Below, piece by piece: positions 27,742 through 37,840 of a DNA stretch of 64,000 bases. Position 1 is the stretch's first letter; each line of letters starts with the position of its first letter. Made by a program: the position numbers and the translations under genes. The notes under the pieces are model-generated. The model worked only from the letters and a program-made list of their open reading frames with translations, made no database searches and was not told the DNA's origin. The stretch spans positions 2,282-66,281 of the forward strand of contig CAYYZW010000196.1 in the NCBI GenBank assembly GCA_964476375.1, read 5' to 3'. Source of the DNA: an uncultured Pirellulaceae bacterium (GTDB lineage Bacteria > Planctomycetota > Planctomycetia > Pirellulales > Pirellulaceae).

Positions 27742-29739
27742 ATGATATCCCGGGCCCCCTGGATCGCCTGTGCTTTTGCCTGCTGTGCAGCACCCCTGTT
27801 GCCTGCGGTCGACCTGCAGCTTGAGCGAGTCAGTCCGCGAGCGATCAAGCCCGGCCAGGCTTCGGTTTTGCAGGTGACCGGTTCGAATCTTGAAAATCCC
27901 ACGGGACTCTGGACCAGCTTTCCGGCCGAGGTCAAGGTGCTTCCCGATGGCCGCTTCCAGGTCCAGGTCGACAGCCAGCTTGTTCCGCAGGTAGGGGCAG
28001 TGCGAGTGATCACTGCCGGTGGTATTTCCAACCTCCGGCTGGTCCTGATTGACCGGTTACCGACCGCGGCGCGGCCGGAGAAAGAGATACAGGAACAGGC
28101 ACTGGCAGTCGGTGAAGCTGTCGAGGGCCATCTTGAGAGCGAGTCGGTTCGCTCTTTTCAGCTGGATGCAGAAAAAGGGACGGCAGTCACACTGGACGTC
28201 TGGGCACGACGGCTGGGATCCCGGCTGGATCCCCTGCTGGAAGTTTTCGATGCCGGGGGCCGGGAGATTGTCGTCAGTGATGATGAACCAGGCCTGGATG
28301 GTGATTGCCGTGTCGCCTTTGAGATGCCCGCAGGAGGCCCCTGTGAGGTGCAGCTTCGTGACGCGACTTTTTCTGGAGGGAGCCAGTCGTTTTTCCGGCT
28401 CCGGGTCGGTTCCTTCAGTGCCAGGGGTATTCTTTACCCACCGGCGATTCAGCGCGGTGGCCAGGCACGGCTGACGCCGGTTGCCGGGGGAAAGTTTTCG
28501 GCTCCCCAGGCGGCTGTCCCGGTGGATTTTCCGGGCCGGGTCCACTGGTTTGATTCCGGGGACTCGCTTGCCATGAGCTCTCTTCGAGTGACGGATCGCA
28601 CGGAGCATGTTGAGAGGATGCCGGCAGGGCCGGACAGCATCACGGCGATTGCCGTTGGCGACGGGGTCAGTGGCTGGTTTTCCCGGTCGGCCGAGGTAGA
28701 CCGGTACGAGCTCGTGATGGAGAAGCCGCGGCAGGTGAGCTTTCAGGCAGAGACCCGTGCCCTGCATTCCTCCGCCCTGGTGAGAATGTCAATCGTCAAC
28801 GAAAAACAGGAGGTCATCGGTGAGGCCGGCCCGAATGAAAAACTGCACCAGGCCCTGGTAGTGAACTTTGCGCAGCCGGGGAGATACCAGCTCCTGGTCG
28901 AAGAACTGCTGCAGCGAAGCGGCCGACGGTTTTTTTACCGGGTCACCTGCGATGAAAAGAAACCCTCTTTTCGGCTCGGCATTCAGGGAGATTCTTTTAA
29001 CACATCGACGGATCGCAGCCTGGCGGTCAAGGTGAATGTCCTGCGGGATGGTTACGACGGTGAAATTGTCCTGCGGGTGGATGGCCTGGAAGGGAGCGTG
29101 TCGCTGGAGAACGAGGTGATAGGCGCGGGGGCAAAAGAAACGGAACTCAAGATCCATCTTCCTGCCGACTGGAGTCCGGGGACCATCCGGCAGGTCGGGA
29201 TCGTCGGTCGAGCGGAGGCGGATGAGTACGACACCCTGGCTGAACAGGATGCCCTCAAGTTCCCCCGGGGTAACCTCGGTATTTTTGAGGGTTTTGTCAG
29301 TGATGAGCAGACGGCGGTGACGAATTTTGCCGAGTACGATATCGAGTTGCCAGCCGCCGGTCGCTACCAGTTGCGGCTGAAGTATGCCGCCATGGCTTCC
29401 CGGCCGGCACTCCTGAAGATCAACGGCACGCTGGTGAAGGAGGGCGCCATGAAAAACGTTACTGGTGGCTGGGACCTTGGTTCGCAGCAATGGCACAGGG
29501 AGGGGACATTTGATTTTCAGGCCGGGAAAAATGTGGTTCGTCTTGAACGGGACGGGACAGTGTCCCACCTGAGTGTGCTTCGAGTGACTCGCGAGCTGGA
29601 GAGCCAGCCGGCACCTGGTTCACTGGTCCAGAGGGCGACCTGCCGGGACTGGCTCCGGGGGCAGCTTCACCAGATGCCGTTCCCCCCCGAGGACCTGGTG
29701 CAGACGGTCATGGTGGGTGTGGGAGGTAGCAAGGATTAG
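27742..29739 (+). CDS. Secreted protein with an Ig-like N-terminal domain, two PPC (pre-peptidase C-terminal)-like domains and a C-terminal CBM6/35-like domain
   Basis: 665 aa with a signal peptide. PPC-like blocks are VEGHLESESVRSFQLDAEKGTAVTLDV...RRLGSRLDPLLEVFDAGGREI and VSGWFSRSAEVDRYELVMEKPRQVSFQA. The C-terminal block is YDIELPAAGRYQLRLKYAA...LKINGTL...TGGW...FQAGKNVVRLE. It starts 2 nt after the DUF1501 stop. Confidence 0.6.
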   Translation: MISRAPWIACAFACCAAPLLPAVDLQLERVSPRAIKPGQASVLQVTGSNLENPTGLWTSFPAEVKVLPDGRFQVQVDSQLVPQVGAVRVITAGGISNLRLVLIDRLPTAARPEKEIQEQALAVGEAVEGHLESESVRSFQLDAEKGTAVTLDVWARRLGSRLDPLLEVFDAGGREIVVSDDEPGLDGDCRVAFEMPAGGPCEVQLRDATFSGGSQSFFRLRVGSFSARGILYPPAIQRGGQARLTPVAGGKFSAPQAAVPVDFPGRVHWFDSGDSLAMSSLRVTDRTEHVERMPAGPDSITAIAVGDGVSGWFSRSAEVDRYELVMEKPRQVSFQAETRALHSSALVRMSIVNEKQEVIGEAGPNEKLHQALVVNFAQPGRYQLLVEELLQRSGRRFFYRVTCDEKKPSFRLGIQGDSFNTSTDRSLAVKVNVLRDGYDGEIVLRVDGLEGSVSLENEVIGAGAKETELKIHLPADWSPGTIRQVGIVGRAEADEYDTLAEQDALKFPRGNLGIFEGFVSDEQTAVTNFAEYDIELPAAGRYQLRLKYAAMASRPALLKINGTLVKEGAMKNVTGGWDLGSQQWHREGTFDFQAGKNVVRLERDGTVSHLSVLRVTRELESQPAPGSLVQRATCRDWLRGQLHQMPFPPEDLVQTVMVGVGGSKD

Positions 29740-29742
29740 CCG

Positions 29743-32172
29743 ATGAAGCGTTTTACGGGAATCATGTTATCGATACTGATCGTCGCTGCCATGGCAGGGA
29801 GCGCATCCGCCGCTTCAGTGAAGAGCATGGAGGTCTATCCGCCAGAGCTGGAAATGGTCAGTCGCCATCACCCGGCCCAGCTGGTGGTTACCGGTCAGTT
29901 GGCAAACGGCCAGCTACGCGACCTGACAGGGTCGGCAAAGCTTGTCTCGGCCAACCCGGAGGTCGTTCGTGTAGAGCGGGGCCGGCTTGTCGCGGTCGCT
30001 GATGGTAGCACACGGGTCGTGGTAAAAGCGGAAGGCCGGATCGTCAGGGTACCGGTCAAGGTCCAGTTGCTCCCGGGAATGGAGACAGCAAGTTTTGTCG
30101 ATGGTGCCCTGGCTGCATTAACTCGGCATGGCTGCAACTCGGGCGGCTGCCATGGTGCGCCGAGTGGCAAGGGAGGGTTTCGACTGTCACTCTGGGCGTA
30201 TGACCACGAGCTGGACGGGAAAACGCTGACACGGGAGTTTGCCGGCCGACGGGTCAACCTCTTCTCGCCACAGCAAAGCCTGATCCTGCGCAAGCCACTG
30301 ATGAAAGTTCCCCATGGAGGTGGGCTCCGTCTGCATACCCATGATGCCGGTTACAAGCTCCTTCGAGACTGGATCTCCCAGGGCGCGCTGCAGGAACAAA
30401 AAGATCATGCTCACTGTGAAAAAATCGAGGTCTTTCCCCGGGGTCGACAACTGTGGCTGCCAGATGCCAACCAGCAACTTTCGGTGAACGCTTATTTTAG
30501 TGACGGCACCGTGCGGGATGTGACAACGCTGGTTCTCTACTCCAGTTCGGACGATACCATTGCCACGGTTTCAGAGAGAGGGTTTGTGGAACCGTCGGCG
30601 AGCGGTGAAACCGCTATCCTTGTTCGTTACCTGGAAAAAGCGACCACGGTGCGGCTGGCATTTGTTGCCCCTCGGCAGGATTTTTCCTGGCAGACTCCCC
30701 CGCCCGGTAACGAGGTGGACCAGCTGGTCTTTGCCAAGCTCAAGACGATGCAGATTCTCCCCTCGGCAGTGTCCAGCGACGAGCAGTTCCTTCGCCGTGT
30801 CTACTTCGATGTCACCGGGGTGCCACCGACCGTGGACCAGGCTCGAGCATTCCTGGCGGATAAGTCTCCCGGCAAGCGTTCCAGGCTGATCGATGAACTG
30901 CTCGAGTCACCAGGCTATGCCGCATGGTGGGCGAACAAGTGGGGTGATTTATTCCGGCTCAACAGCGAGAAGCTCACGGACCAGGGAGTCTTCAAGTTTT
31001 ATCACTGGCTGGTTCGAAGTGTCCGAAATAACATGCCGTATGATGAGTTCGTGCGGCGTGTGCTGTTGGCCAGTGGCAGCACGACGGACAATCCGGCGGT
31101 GAATTTTTACCGGTCGGCGGATTCCACCGATGACTGCACCGAGACCATGGCCCAGCTATTCCTGGGTGCCCGGTTACAGTGTGCCAAGTGCCATAACCAT
31201 CCTTACGAGCGCTGGACGCAGGATAATTACTACGGCTTCGGCGCTTTTTTCCATCGCCTGAAACGGACCAGGGTGGAGGGGAGTGGCGAGATGGTGCTCT
31301 GGGCGGCCAGGGAGGGAGAGATCACTCAGCCACGTACCGGGCAGGATATGGCGCCCTGGCTTCCGGGTGAGGCGAAACTGGACCTGGATGGTGTCCATGA
31401 CCGCCGCGAGCTGCTCGTTGAATGGCTTACCCGGCCAGACAATCCATACCTGGCGCGGGTCGAGGTAAACCGTGTTTGGGCAAACCTGCTGGGCCGGGGG
31501 ATTATTGATCCGTTCGATGACCTGCGGGAATCCAACCCCCCTGCTAACCAGCCACTGCTGGACCGGCTGGCACGGGACTTCGTCCAGGATGGGTTCAATC
31601 GTGAACAGGTGATCCGCACGATCCTCAACAGTACGACCTACCAGCTCGCGTCGGAGAAGAACGAATCGAATGCACAGGATGTCAAGTACTTCTCCCACAT
31701 GCAGGCGCGACAGCTGCCGGCAGAGTCCCTGATGGAGCTGATCTGCCAGGTGACCGGTGTACCGTTCAAGTTCAAGGGGCTGCCGCCTGGTACCCGTGCC
31801 ACCGGGCGTCCCAGCCCGGAAGATGGCCCGGAGTTCCTGCGAGTCTTCGGGCAGCCCCCCCGGGAAACCAATTGTTCCTGTGAGCGCTCAGTCTCGGCAA
31901 GCCTGAGCCAGGCGCTGGCAATCGTGAATGGGGATTTTATCCACAATCGAATAAGCGATGAGAGCTGCCTCTTTCGCAGGCGAATTCGAGAAGGCTGTTC
32001 GAACGAGGAGATTATCGAGGAGATCTACCTGGCCGCATACTCACGATTTCCCAGTGACCAGGAAATGAACCTGCTGGTCACATATATCGAAAAGCAGGAA
32101 GACCGGGAACTGGCGATGGAAGATCTTACCTGGTCGGTTATTAACAGCAAGGAATTCGTATTTCAGCAGTAG
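29743..32172 (+). CDS. Ig-like (Big_2) + DUF1549 + DUF1553 protein, 'class II'
   Basis: 809 aa with a signal peptide and Big_2-like repeats. Motifs: HGCNSGGCHGAPSGKGGF, DUF1549 CAKCHNHPYERW, and a C-terminal SKEFVFQQ. Confidence 0.85.
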   Translation: MKRFTGIMLSILIVAAMAGSASAASVKSMEVYPPELEMVSRHHPAQLVVTGQLANGQLRDLTGSAKLVSANPEVVRVERGRLVAVADGSTRVVVKAEGRIVRVPVKVQLLPGMETASFVDGALAALTRHGCNSGGCHGAPSGKGGFRLSLWAYDHELDGKTLTREFAGRRVNLFSPQQSLILRKPLMKVPHGGGLRLHTHDAGYKLLRDWISQGALQEQKDHAHCEKIEVFPRGRQLWLPDANQQLSVNAYFSDGTVRDVTTLVLYSSSDDTIATVSERGFVEPSASGETAILVRYLEKATTVRLAFVAPRQDFSWQTPPPGNEVDQLVFAKLKTMQILPSAVSSDEQFLRRVYFDVTGVPPTVDQARAFLADKSPGKRSRLIDELLESPGYAAWWANKWGDLFRLNSEKLTDQGVFKFYHWLVRSVRNNMPYDEFVRRVLLASGSTTDNPAVNFYRSADSTDDCTETMAQLFLGARLQCAKCHNHPYERWTQDNYYGFGAFFHRLKRTRVEGSGEMVLWAAREGEITQPRTGQDMAPWLPGEAKLDLDGVHDRRELLVEWLTRPDNPYLARVEVNRVWANLLGRGIIDPFDDLRESNPPANQPLLDRLARDFVQDGFNREQVIRTILNSTTYQLASEKNESNAQDVKYFSHMQARQLPAESLMELICQVTGVPFKFKGLPPGTRATGRPSPEDGPEFLRVFGQPPRETNCSCERSVSASLSQALAIVNGDFIHNRISDESCLFRRRIREGCSNEEIIEEIYLAAYSRFPSDQEMNLLVTYIEKQEDRELAMEDLTWSVINSKEFVFQQ

Positions 32173-32291
32173 ATCTCCCCCGCCGGAGGGGGGAACTGGA
32201 AAAACAATGAAATCCATGTTGCATCTACCCTGATTTGCCGACATCCTATAATGTAGTAACCCACCCGAATTCCCGCTTTCGAGCCTCCACG

Positions 32292-33701
32292 ATGCTCAGG
32301 ATCACAGGTCAACCCGTCCGCCACTGCGATGGAGTAAGCCGCCGTGAGTTTCTCACGGCGGGCGCCCTTGGCGTCGGCAGCCTGACCCTGGCAGATCTGC
32401 TCCGAGCGGAATCAGAATTTGGCATTGGGTCGTCACGAAAAGCGATTATCAATGTCCACCTGGACGGGGGCCCTCCCCAGATGGACATGATTGACATGAA
32501 GCCGGACTCCCCCTCGGAAGTGCGGGGTGAATTTTCTCCGATCTCGACGGTGCTTCCCGGGTTCCAGGTCTGTGAGCTGATGCCGAAACTGGCGTCGGCT
32601 GCCGACCGGTATGTTTTTATCCGGTCCCTGGTTGGTTCGGCCGGTGCCCATGATGCTTTCCAGTGCCAGACCGGGTTCGGGAAAAATGACATGCAGAACA
32701 TTGGTGGCCGGCCGGCTGTCGGCTGCGTGATCAACAAGCTGCTGGGAAGTGTAGCCGACCCCGCCCCTGCTTTTGTTGACATGATGCAGGGACGTCCCCT
32801 GGTGCGGCATAGCGCGAGGCCGGGCTTCCTGGGTCCCACCTACAAGCCCTTCCGACCCGAGATGAGCGCTTTCTTCAAGCGTGACCTGGAAGATGGCATG
32901 AAGACAGAATTGACCAACCAGGGAGCCAATCATACAACCCGGCTGAAGCTCGATGGCGAGATCACCGCCGACCGGCTTACCAGCCGCTCGCGGCTGCTGG
33001 CCAGCCTGGACACGCTGCGCCGGGAAGTTGACGGAAGTGGCATGATGGATGCCATGGACCATTTCACCCAGCAGGCAGCCGGCATCCTGCTTTCGGGTAC
33101 GTTTGCCGACGCCCTGGATCTCTCCAGGGAAGACCCGGCAGTCGTAGAAAAGTTCTTGATCGACGCCGACACGATCAAGGGTCGTCACGTGACGAGCGAT
33201 GAACCGCGGTCGTCACTCAAGTTCCTCATGGCCCGGCGTTTGATCGAAGCGGGCGTGCGGTGCGTGAGCCTGACGATTGCTGACTTTGACACGCACTCGG
33301 ATAACTTCAACCGCATGCGACAGGTGTTGCCGATCCTGGATCACGGCCTGCATGCCCTGGTCATGGACCTGGAAGAACGTGGCATGCTGGATGACGTGTC
33401 GATTGTCCTCTGGGGTGAATTTGGTCGTACGCCCAAGATCAACGGCAAGGCGGGACGGGATCACTGGCCACAGGTCAGTCCGGCGATCATGGTTGGTGGT
33501 GGTATCCGGTCCGGCCAGGTGCTGGGGGCCACGGACCGGACAGCCAGCAGTGCAACACGGCGGCCGATCAGCCACCAGGACATCTTTGCCACGCTCTACC
33601 ACAATATCGGTCTGCCGGCGGACAAGACCACGATCGTGGATCCAACAGGTCGCCCGCAGTACCTGCTCGACAGTGGCTCGCCGATCCGCGAGATCATTTA
33701 A
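32292..33701 (+). CDS. DUF1501 domain protein, Tat-exported ('class II' signature)
   Basis: Motifs: MLRITGQPVRHCDGVSRREFLTAGALG, NVHLDGGPPQMDMIDMKP and KAGRDHWPQVSPAIMVGGG. I prefer the ATG at 32292 over the TTG ORF-track start at 32235. Confidence 0.8.
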   Translation: MLRITGQPVRHCDGVSRREFLTAGALGVGSLTLADLLRAESEFGIGSSRKAIINVHLDGGPPQMDMIDMKPDSPSEVRGEFSPISTVLPGFQVCELMPKLASAADRYVFIRSLVGSAGAHDAFQCQTGFGKNDMQNIGGRPAVGCVINKLLGSVADPAPAFVDMMQGRPLVRHSARPGFLGPTYKPFRPEMSAFFKRDLEDGMKTELTNQGANHTTRLKLDGEITADRLTSRSRLLASLDTLRREVDGSGMMDAMDHFTQQAAGILLSGTFADALDLSREDPAVVEKFLIDADTIKGRHVTSDEPRSSLKFLMARRLIEAGVRCVSLTIADFDTHSDNFNRMRQVLPILDHGLHALVMDLEERGMLDDVSIVLWGEFGRTPKINGKAGRDHWPQVSPAIMVGGGIRSGQVLGATDRTASSATRRPISHQDIFATLYHNIGLPADKTTIVDPTGRPQYLLDSGSPIREII

Positions 33702-33713
33702 ACGGGGCCGTCG

Positions 33714-35030
33714 TTACATCCACTGCTTGATGGGCTTGCCCTCGATCAATCGCACCGGACGTCCGTCCGGGCTATGGGCAATCAGGTCATCCGGAATACC
33801 AAGCTTCTGGTAGACCGTGGTGGCAATGTCATCGGAGAAATACTCGTCCTTCGAGACGTGCCCCCCCTCCGCATCGGTTTCCCCAAGCACTTCGCCTGGC
33901 GGGACACCGGCTCCCGCCATGATGGCAAAACCGGAGGTGGACCAGTGGTCGCGGCCACTGGCCGAATTAATCTTGGGGGTACGGCCAAAGTCGGTGAGCC
34001 AGAGCACAAGCGTGGTCTCGAGCATGCCCCGGTCTTCCAGGTCGGCAAGTAACTGCGGCAGTGCCTTGTCGACCGGTGGGATACGGGAATCCTTGAGCGA
34101 CTTGAAATTGTTCTGGTGGGTATCCCAGCCGCCATCGGTGACCGTGACGAAACGGACACCCGCCTCGATCAATCGGCGGGCAAGCAGGCAGCTCTGGCCA
34201 AACTTGTGGCGACCGTAACCCTCCCGGAGCTTTTCATCCTCGCTGGCGATATCAAAAGCCTTCTTGGTTTCCGGGGCTGTGATCATGTTGAAGGCTGCCT
34301 GGTAATACTCATCCTGGGCGGCCAGCGCGTCCTGCTGGATCTCGGCAGACCGTTGCAGGGCATCTATCCGGGCCAGTACCTCGCGGCGGCGATCAACTCG
34401 ATCGAAACTGATGCCACTCGGGGGGGTGATATCCCGCACCGTGAACTTGTCGGCATTCGGGTCCGCAGTAATCTCAAAGGGGTTGTGTTCGATTCCCAGG
34501 ATACCCGAGGTCCCGCCACCATAGCGCCGGTCCACGTCCGTACCAAGCTGGACAAAAGGTGGCATCGATGATTTAAATCCATGCTGGTAGCTGACAACGG
34601 AACCATAAGTTGGGTAGCGAACCGTGGAGTTAAAACGGCGGCCCGACATGACCCACTGGTCGGCGGTACCATGGCTGCCGTTGCGTGGGTTCCAGCCCCG
34701 CAGCAGGGCGAACCGCTTGGCCTCACGGGCCATGGTAGGAACGATCTCGGTGAACTTGATTCCGGGAATCGCGGTATCAATCACCCCGAACTCACCACGC
34801 ACGCTGACCGGTGCATCGGGCTTGGGGTCAAACGTGTCGTGATGGCTGGTACCGCCCCGTGTCCAGATCAGGATGCAGTTGGTATTTCTCGCCTTCTCAC
34901 CCGCGACCGCCTGGCCGGCAAGGGACATGGGAAGTGTCAGGCCAAGCCCCGTCAGTGCTCCAACCTGGAGCAGCCCGCGTCGGGAAATGCCGTCACAGCA
35001 TGGATTCGTCGATAGATGGTTTTTTGTCAT
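33714..35030 (-). CDS. DUF1501 domain protein, Tat-exported ('class II' signature)
   Basis: 438 aa. Motifs: NPCCDGISRRGLLQVGALTG, ILIWTRGGTSHHDTFDPKP and ASGRDHWSTSGFAIMAGAG. It is divergent from the PSD gene at 35342. Confidence 0.85.
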   Translation of the reverse strand: MTKNHLSTNPCCDGISRRGLLQVGALTGLGLTLPMSLAGQAVAGEKARNTNCILIWTRGGTSHHDTFDPKPDAPVSVRGEFGVIDTAIPGIKFTEIVPTMAREAKRFALLRGWNPRNGSHGTADQWVMSGRRFNSTVRYPTYGSVVSYQHGFKSSMPPFVQLGTDVDRRYGGGTSGILGIEHNPFEITADPNADKFTVRDITPPSGISFDRVDRRREVLARIDALQRSAEIQQDALAAQDEYYQAAFNMITAPETKKAFDIASEDEKLREGYGRHKFGQSCLLARRLIEAGVRFVTVTDGGWDTHQNNFKSLKDSRIPPVDKALPQLLADLEDRGMLETTLVLWLTDFGRTPKINSASGRDHWSTSGFAIMAGAGVPPGEVLGETDAEGGHVSKDEYFSDDIATTVYQKLGIPDDLIAHSPDGRPVRLIEGKPIKQWM

Positions 35031-35341
35031 GACTCAACAGGGTTGGGGTACGGGGAGATGGTCAGGTCGGACGCTGCTCTTGTGCTGGCATAGTGCGTGT
35101 TATGACAGCCTCGCTATTTTACATCAACACCATCTCCTGCAAAAGAAGAATCGACTCCCAGGGCCCCTGGAGTGCATGTTTTCCCCACTTGTGGGTGGTC
35201 TCAACTGCTTCCATATAGCGTTACGTTTCGTGATTGGTCATACTGTCTAGTGCCTGCTGTGACGTGCACAAAACTCTCCTGCGTAAACCCTCAAATACTG
35301 AATTCAGGGTGCCTGGCACCCGGCATCCCATTGGGTGAGCG

Positions 35342-37831
35342 ATGAAAAAAAGACGATTTTTTCCTGTCTGGTGGACGCGATTGCTTGTCGTGCTGTGGAT
35401 CGCCGGGCTGGGTGCCGAATCGGCCATGGCCCGTGATTTTTACCGGGTGGTACCAGCGGAGGTATCGCTGCAGGGTAATTTTGAGCGTGCCCAGCTCCTG
35501 GTCCAGCAGGTTAATCGAGAGGGTATTGCCAGCCCGGAATCGGAAGATCTCACGCACCAGGCGACTTATACCTCAAGTGACCCATCTGTTGTGACCGTGG
35601 ACGCCCAGGGCCAGTTACTGGCGGCTGGAAGTGGCCAGGCAATGATCCGGGTCAAGTACAAGAGATGGCGTTCGGATGTCACGGTGACAGTGGATGGCCT
35701 GGTCGACGAGCCGGAGATCGAATTTGTAAAGCAGGTTTCCCCGGTGATTGCCAAGCATGGCTGTAACATGGGGGCCTGCCATGCCAGCCAGCACGGCAAG
35801 GGCGGCTTCATTCTCTCGGTGTTCGGTTTTGATCCGGGCAAGGATCGCAGGAATATCGTGCAGGATCGCCTGCAGCGGCGTGTCGATTTTATCCGGCCGG
35901 AAAATAGCCTGCTGTTGCTCAAGCCCACACTTGCTGTCGCCCACGGGGGTGGTATGCGATTGAAGAGAGACTCGGTTGACTACCGCGTGCTGCTGGCCTG
36001 GCTGCGTTCCGGGGCCCCCGCCCAGGAGGGGGAACCGCTGGAGGTAACCGGTCTGCAGGTCACTCCGTCGATGCGGGTGGGACGCCCTGGCATGAAGCAG
36101 CAACTGCGAGTGGAGGCCCAGTACAGTGACGGAAGCGTGCGGGATGTGACTGCCCTGGCCCGTTACGATTCGATGGATGAGGGGATGCTCGTGGTTGACG
36201 AGGACGGCCTGATGACCGTTCAGGATGCCGGCCAGGGCCCTGTCATGGTTCGCTTCGAAGGACAGGCGGCTATTGTGACGGTCTCCATTCCCTACAGGGA
36301 GAGTGCGGACCTCTCCGGCTGGACCAGCACCAATTTTGTCGATGAACTGGCGGCCAGGAAATTCGAGGACCTGGGGATCGAGCCGTCAGGGATTTGCGAT
36401 GACGCGACGTTCATTCGCCGGGCTTACCTGGATACCATCGGCGGCCAGCCCACACCGGCGGAAATACGGGTTTTCCTGGAATCCGACGATCCGCAGAAAA
36501 GAACGCAACTGGTGGACCGTCTGCTGGGACTCAGCGGGGACCCAAAGAAGGACATTTACAATGACCGTTACGCTGCTTTCTGGACGCTCAAGTGGTCGGA
36601 CCTGATCCGAAACAACAGCAATGATCTTGGCGAGCAGGGCATGTGGGCCATGCATAACTGGGTCCGCGAGTCGTTCCGGGTGAACAAACCGTTCAGTGAT
36701 TTTGTCAGGGAACTGGTTACCGCCAAGGGATCGATTTACATGAACGGTCCGGCCAATTATTTCCGTGTGAATAGTAATGCCACGGAACTGACCGAGGCGA
36801 CCACACAGCTTTTCATGGGAATCCGGCTTGAGTGCGCCAAGTGCCACCACCACCCGTTTGAGAAATACAGCCAGGCGGATTATTACGGGATCGCAGCTTT
36901 TTTTGCCCGTGTAGGAACCAAGGGGAGCGAGGAGTTCGGGCTCTTTGGCAGGGAGAGCGTCGTGGTCGTCAAGAACACCGGGGATGTGAATCACCCACGC
37001 ACCGGCAAGAAGATGGAACCCACACCGCTCGACGGAGAACCATCGAATCACGAGCTGGACCGGCGGATCCCGTTTGCTGAGTGGCTCACCTCCACCGAGA
37101 ATACATGGTTTGCCAGCTCCATCGCGAACCGCTATGTCCGTTACCTGCTGGGCCGCGGCCTGGTGGAACCCGTCGATGATATGCGGTCCACCAATCCGGC
37201 CACCAATCCAGAACTGCTGGAGGCACTCACCCGGCACTTTGTGGAAAGTGAATTTGATCTCAAGCAGCTGATGCGGGTGATCATGATCTCACGGCTTTAC
37301 CAGCTTGATTCCCAGCCCACGACCGGGAATGTCGGGGCGCATCGCTTCTACCCCTACTACCGGGCCAAGCGACTGGGTGCCGAACCACTGCTGGATGCCG
37401 TCGATTTCGCCACCGGTATGCCTACCAAGTTCAAGAACCTGCCGCAGGGCACCCGTGCGATCGAGTTGCCGGATGCGGAGTACCCCAATTATTTCCTCAA
37501 TACCTTTGCAAAACCCCGACGGGTCAGCGTCTGTGAATGCGAAAGAACCCCCGATGAAAACCTGGCCCAGGCACTGCACACGCTCAACGGGGATATTCTC
37601 TCCACAAAAATTGCGGATACCGGAGGTCGGATTGCAAAGTTGCTTGAGCAGGAAAAGACTGCCGGGGAAATGATCGAGGAGATTTACCTGGCCACGGTCT
37701 GCCGTATTCCATCCGAGGAGGAACTCCAGGCCTGCCTCAAGATCATCGAGGAATCTTCTTCCCCGAAGGAGGGATACGAGGACTTGATGTGGGCGTTGAT
37801 CAACTCGAAGGACTTTCTTTACGTGAAGTAG
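35342..37831 (+). CDS. Ig-like (Big_2) + DUF1549 + DUF1553 protein, 'class II'
   Basis: 829 aa with a signal peptide. Motifs: KHGCNMGACHASQHGKGGF, CAKCHHHPFEKY, and a C-terminal SKDFLYVK. Confidence 0.85.
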   Translation: MKKRRFFPVWWTRLLVVLWIAGLGAESAMARDFYRVVPAEVSLQGNFERAQLLVQQVNREGIASPESEDLTHQATYTSSDPSVVTVDAQGQLLAAGSGQAMIRVKYKRWRSDVTVTVDGLVDEPEIEFVKQVSPVIAKHGCNMGACHASQHGKGGFILSVFGFDPGKDRRNIVQDRLQRRVDFIRPENSLLLLKPTLAVAHGGGMRLKRDSVDYRVLLAWLRSGAPAQEGEPLEVTGLQVTPSMRVGRPGMKQQLRVEAQYSDGSVRDVTALARYDSMDEGMLVVDEDGLMTVQDAGQGPVMVRFEGQAAIVTVSIPYRESADLSGWTSTNFVDELAARKFEDLGIEPSGICDDATFIRRAYLDTIGGQPTPAEIRVFLESDDPQKRTQLVDRLLGLSGDPKKDIYNDRYAAFWTLKWSDLIRNNSNDLGEQGMWAMHNWVRESFRVNKPFSDFVRELVTAKGSIYMNGPANYFRVNSNATELTEATTQLFMGIRLECAKCHHHPFEKYSQADYYGIAAFFARVGTKGSEEFGLFGRESVVVVKNTGDVNHPRTGKKMEPTPLDGEPSNHELDRRIPFAEWLTSTENTWFASSIANRYVRYLLGRGLVEPVDDMRSTNPATNPELLEALTRHFVESEFDLKQLMRVIMISRLYQLDSQPTTGNVGAHRFYPYYRAKRLGAEPLLDAVDFATGMPTKFKNLPQGTRAIELPDAEYPNYFLNTFAKPRRVSVCECERTPDENLAQALHTLNGDILSTKIADTGGRIAKLLEQEKTAGEMIEEIYLATVCRIPSEEELQACLKIIEESSSPKEGYEDLMWALINSKDFLYVK

Positions 37832-37840
37832 GGTCTCTGA

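Noticed and set aside
32247-32252. Perfect TATAAT hexamer upstream of the DUF1501 gene at 32292.
   Set aside because: No acceptable -35 hexamer lies at 16-19 nt spacing and there is no extended -10 TG. A single hexamer match is expected by chance in 64 kb. It is noted only as context for the module 1 finding.
32235-32291. N-terminal extensions implied by the ORF-track starts (32235 TTG, 50236, 26081, 48018, 6933, 54960, 2807, 57453).
   Set aside because: In each case an internal ATG gives a proper signal or Tat peptide. That ATG also removes an overlap with the neighbouring gene or has a better purine-rich ribosome-binding stretch. The extensions themselves are basic and low-complexity.
35314-35330. 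TGGCAC hexamer upstream of the PSD gene at 35342, considered as a sigma-54 -24 element.
   Set aside because: The sequence at the required spacing is ATCCC rather than TTGCW, so there is no -12 element.
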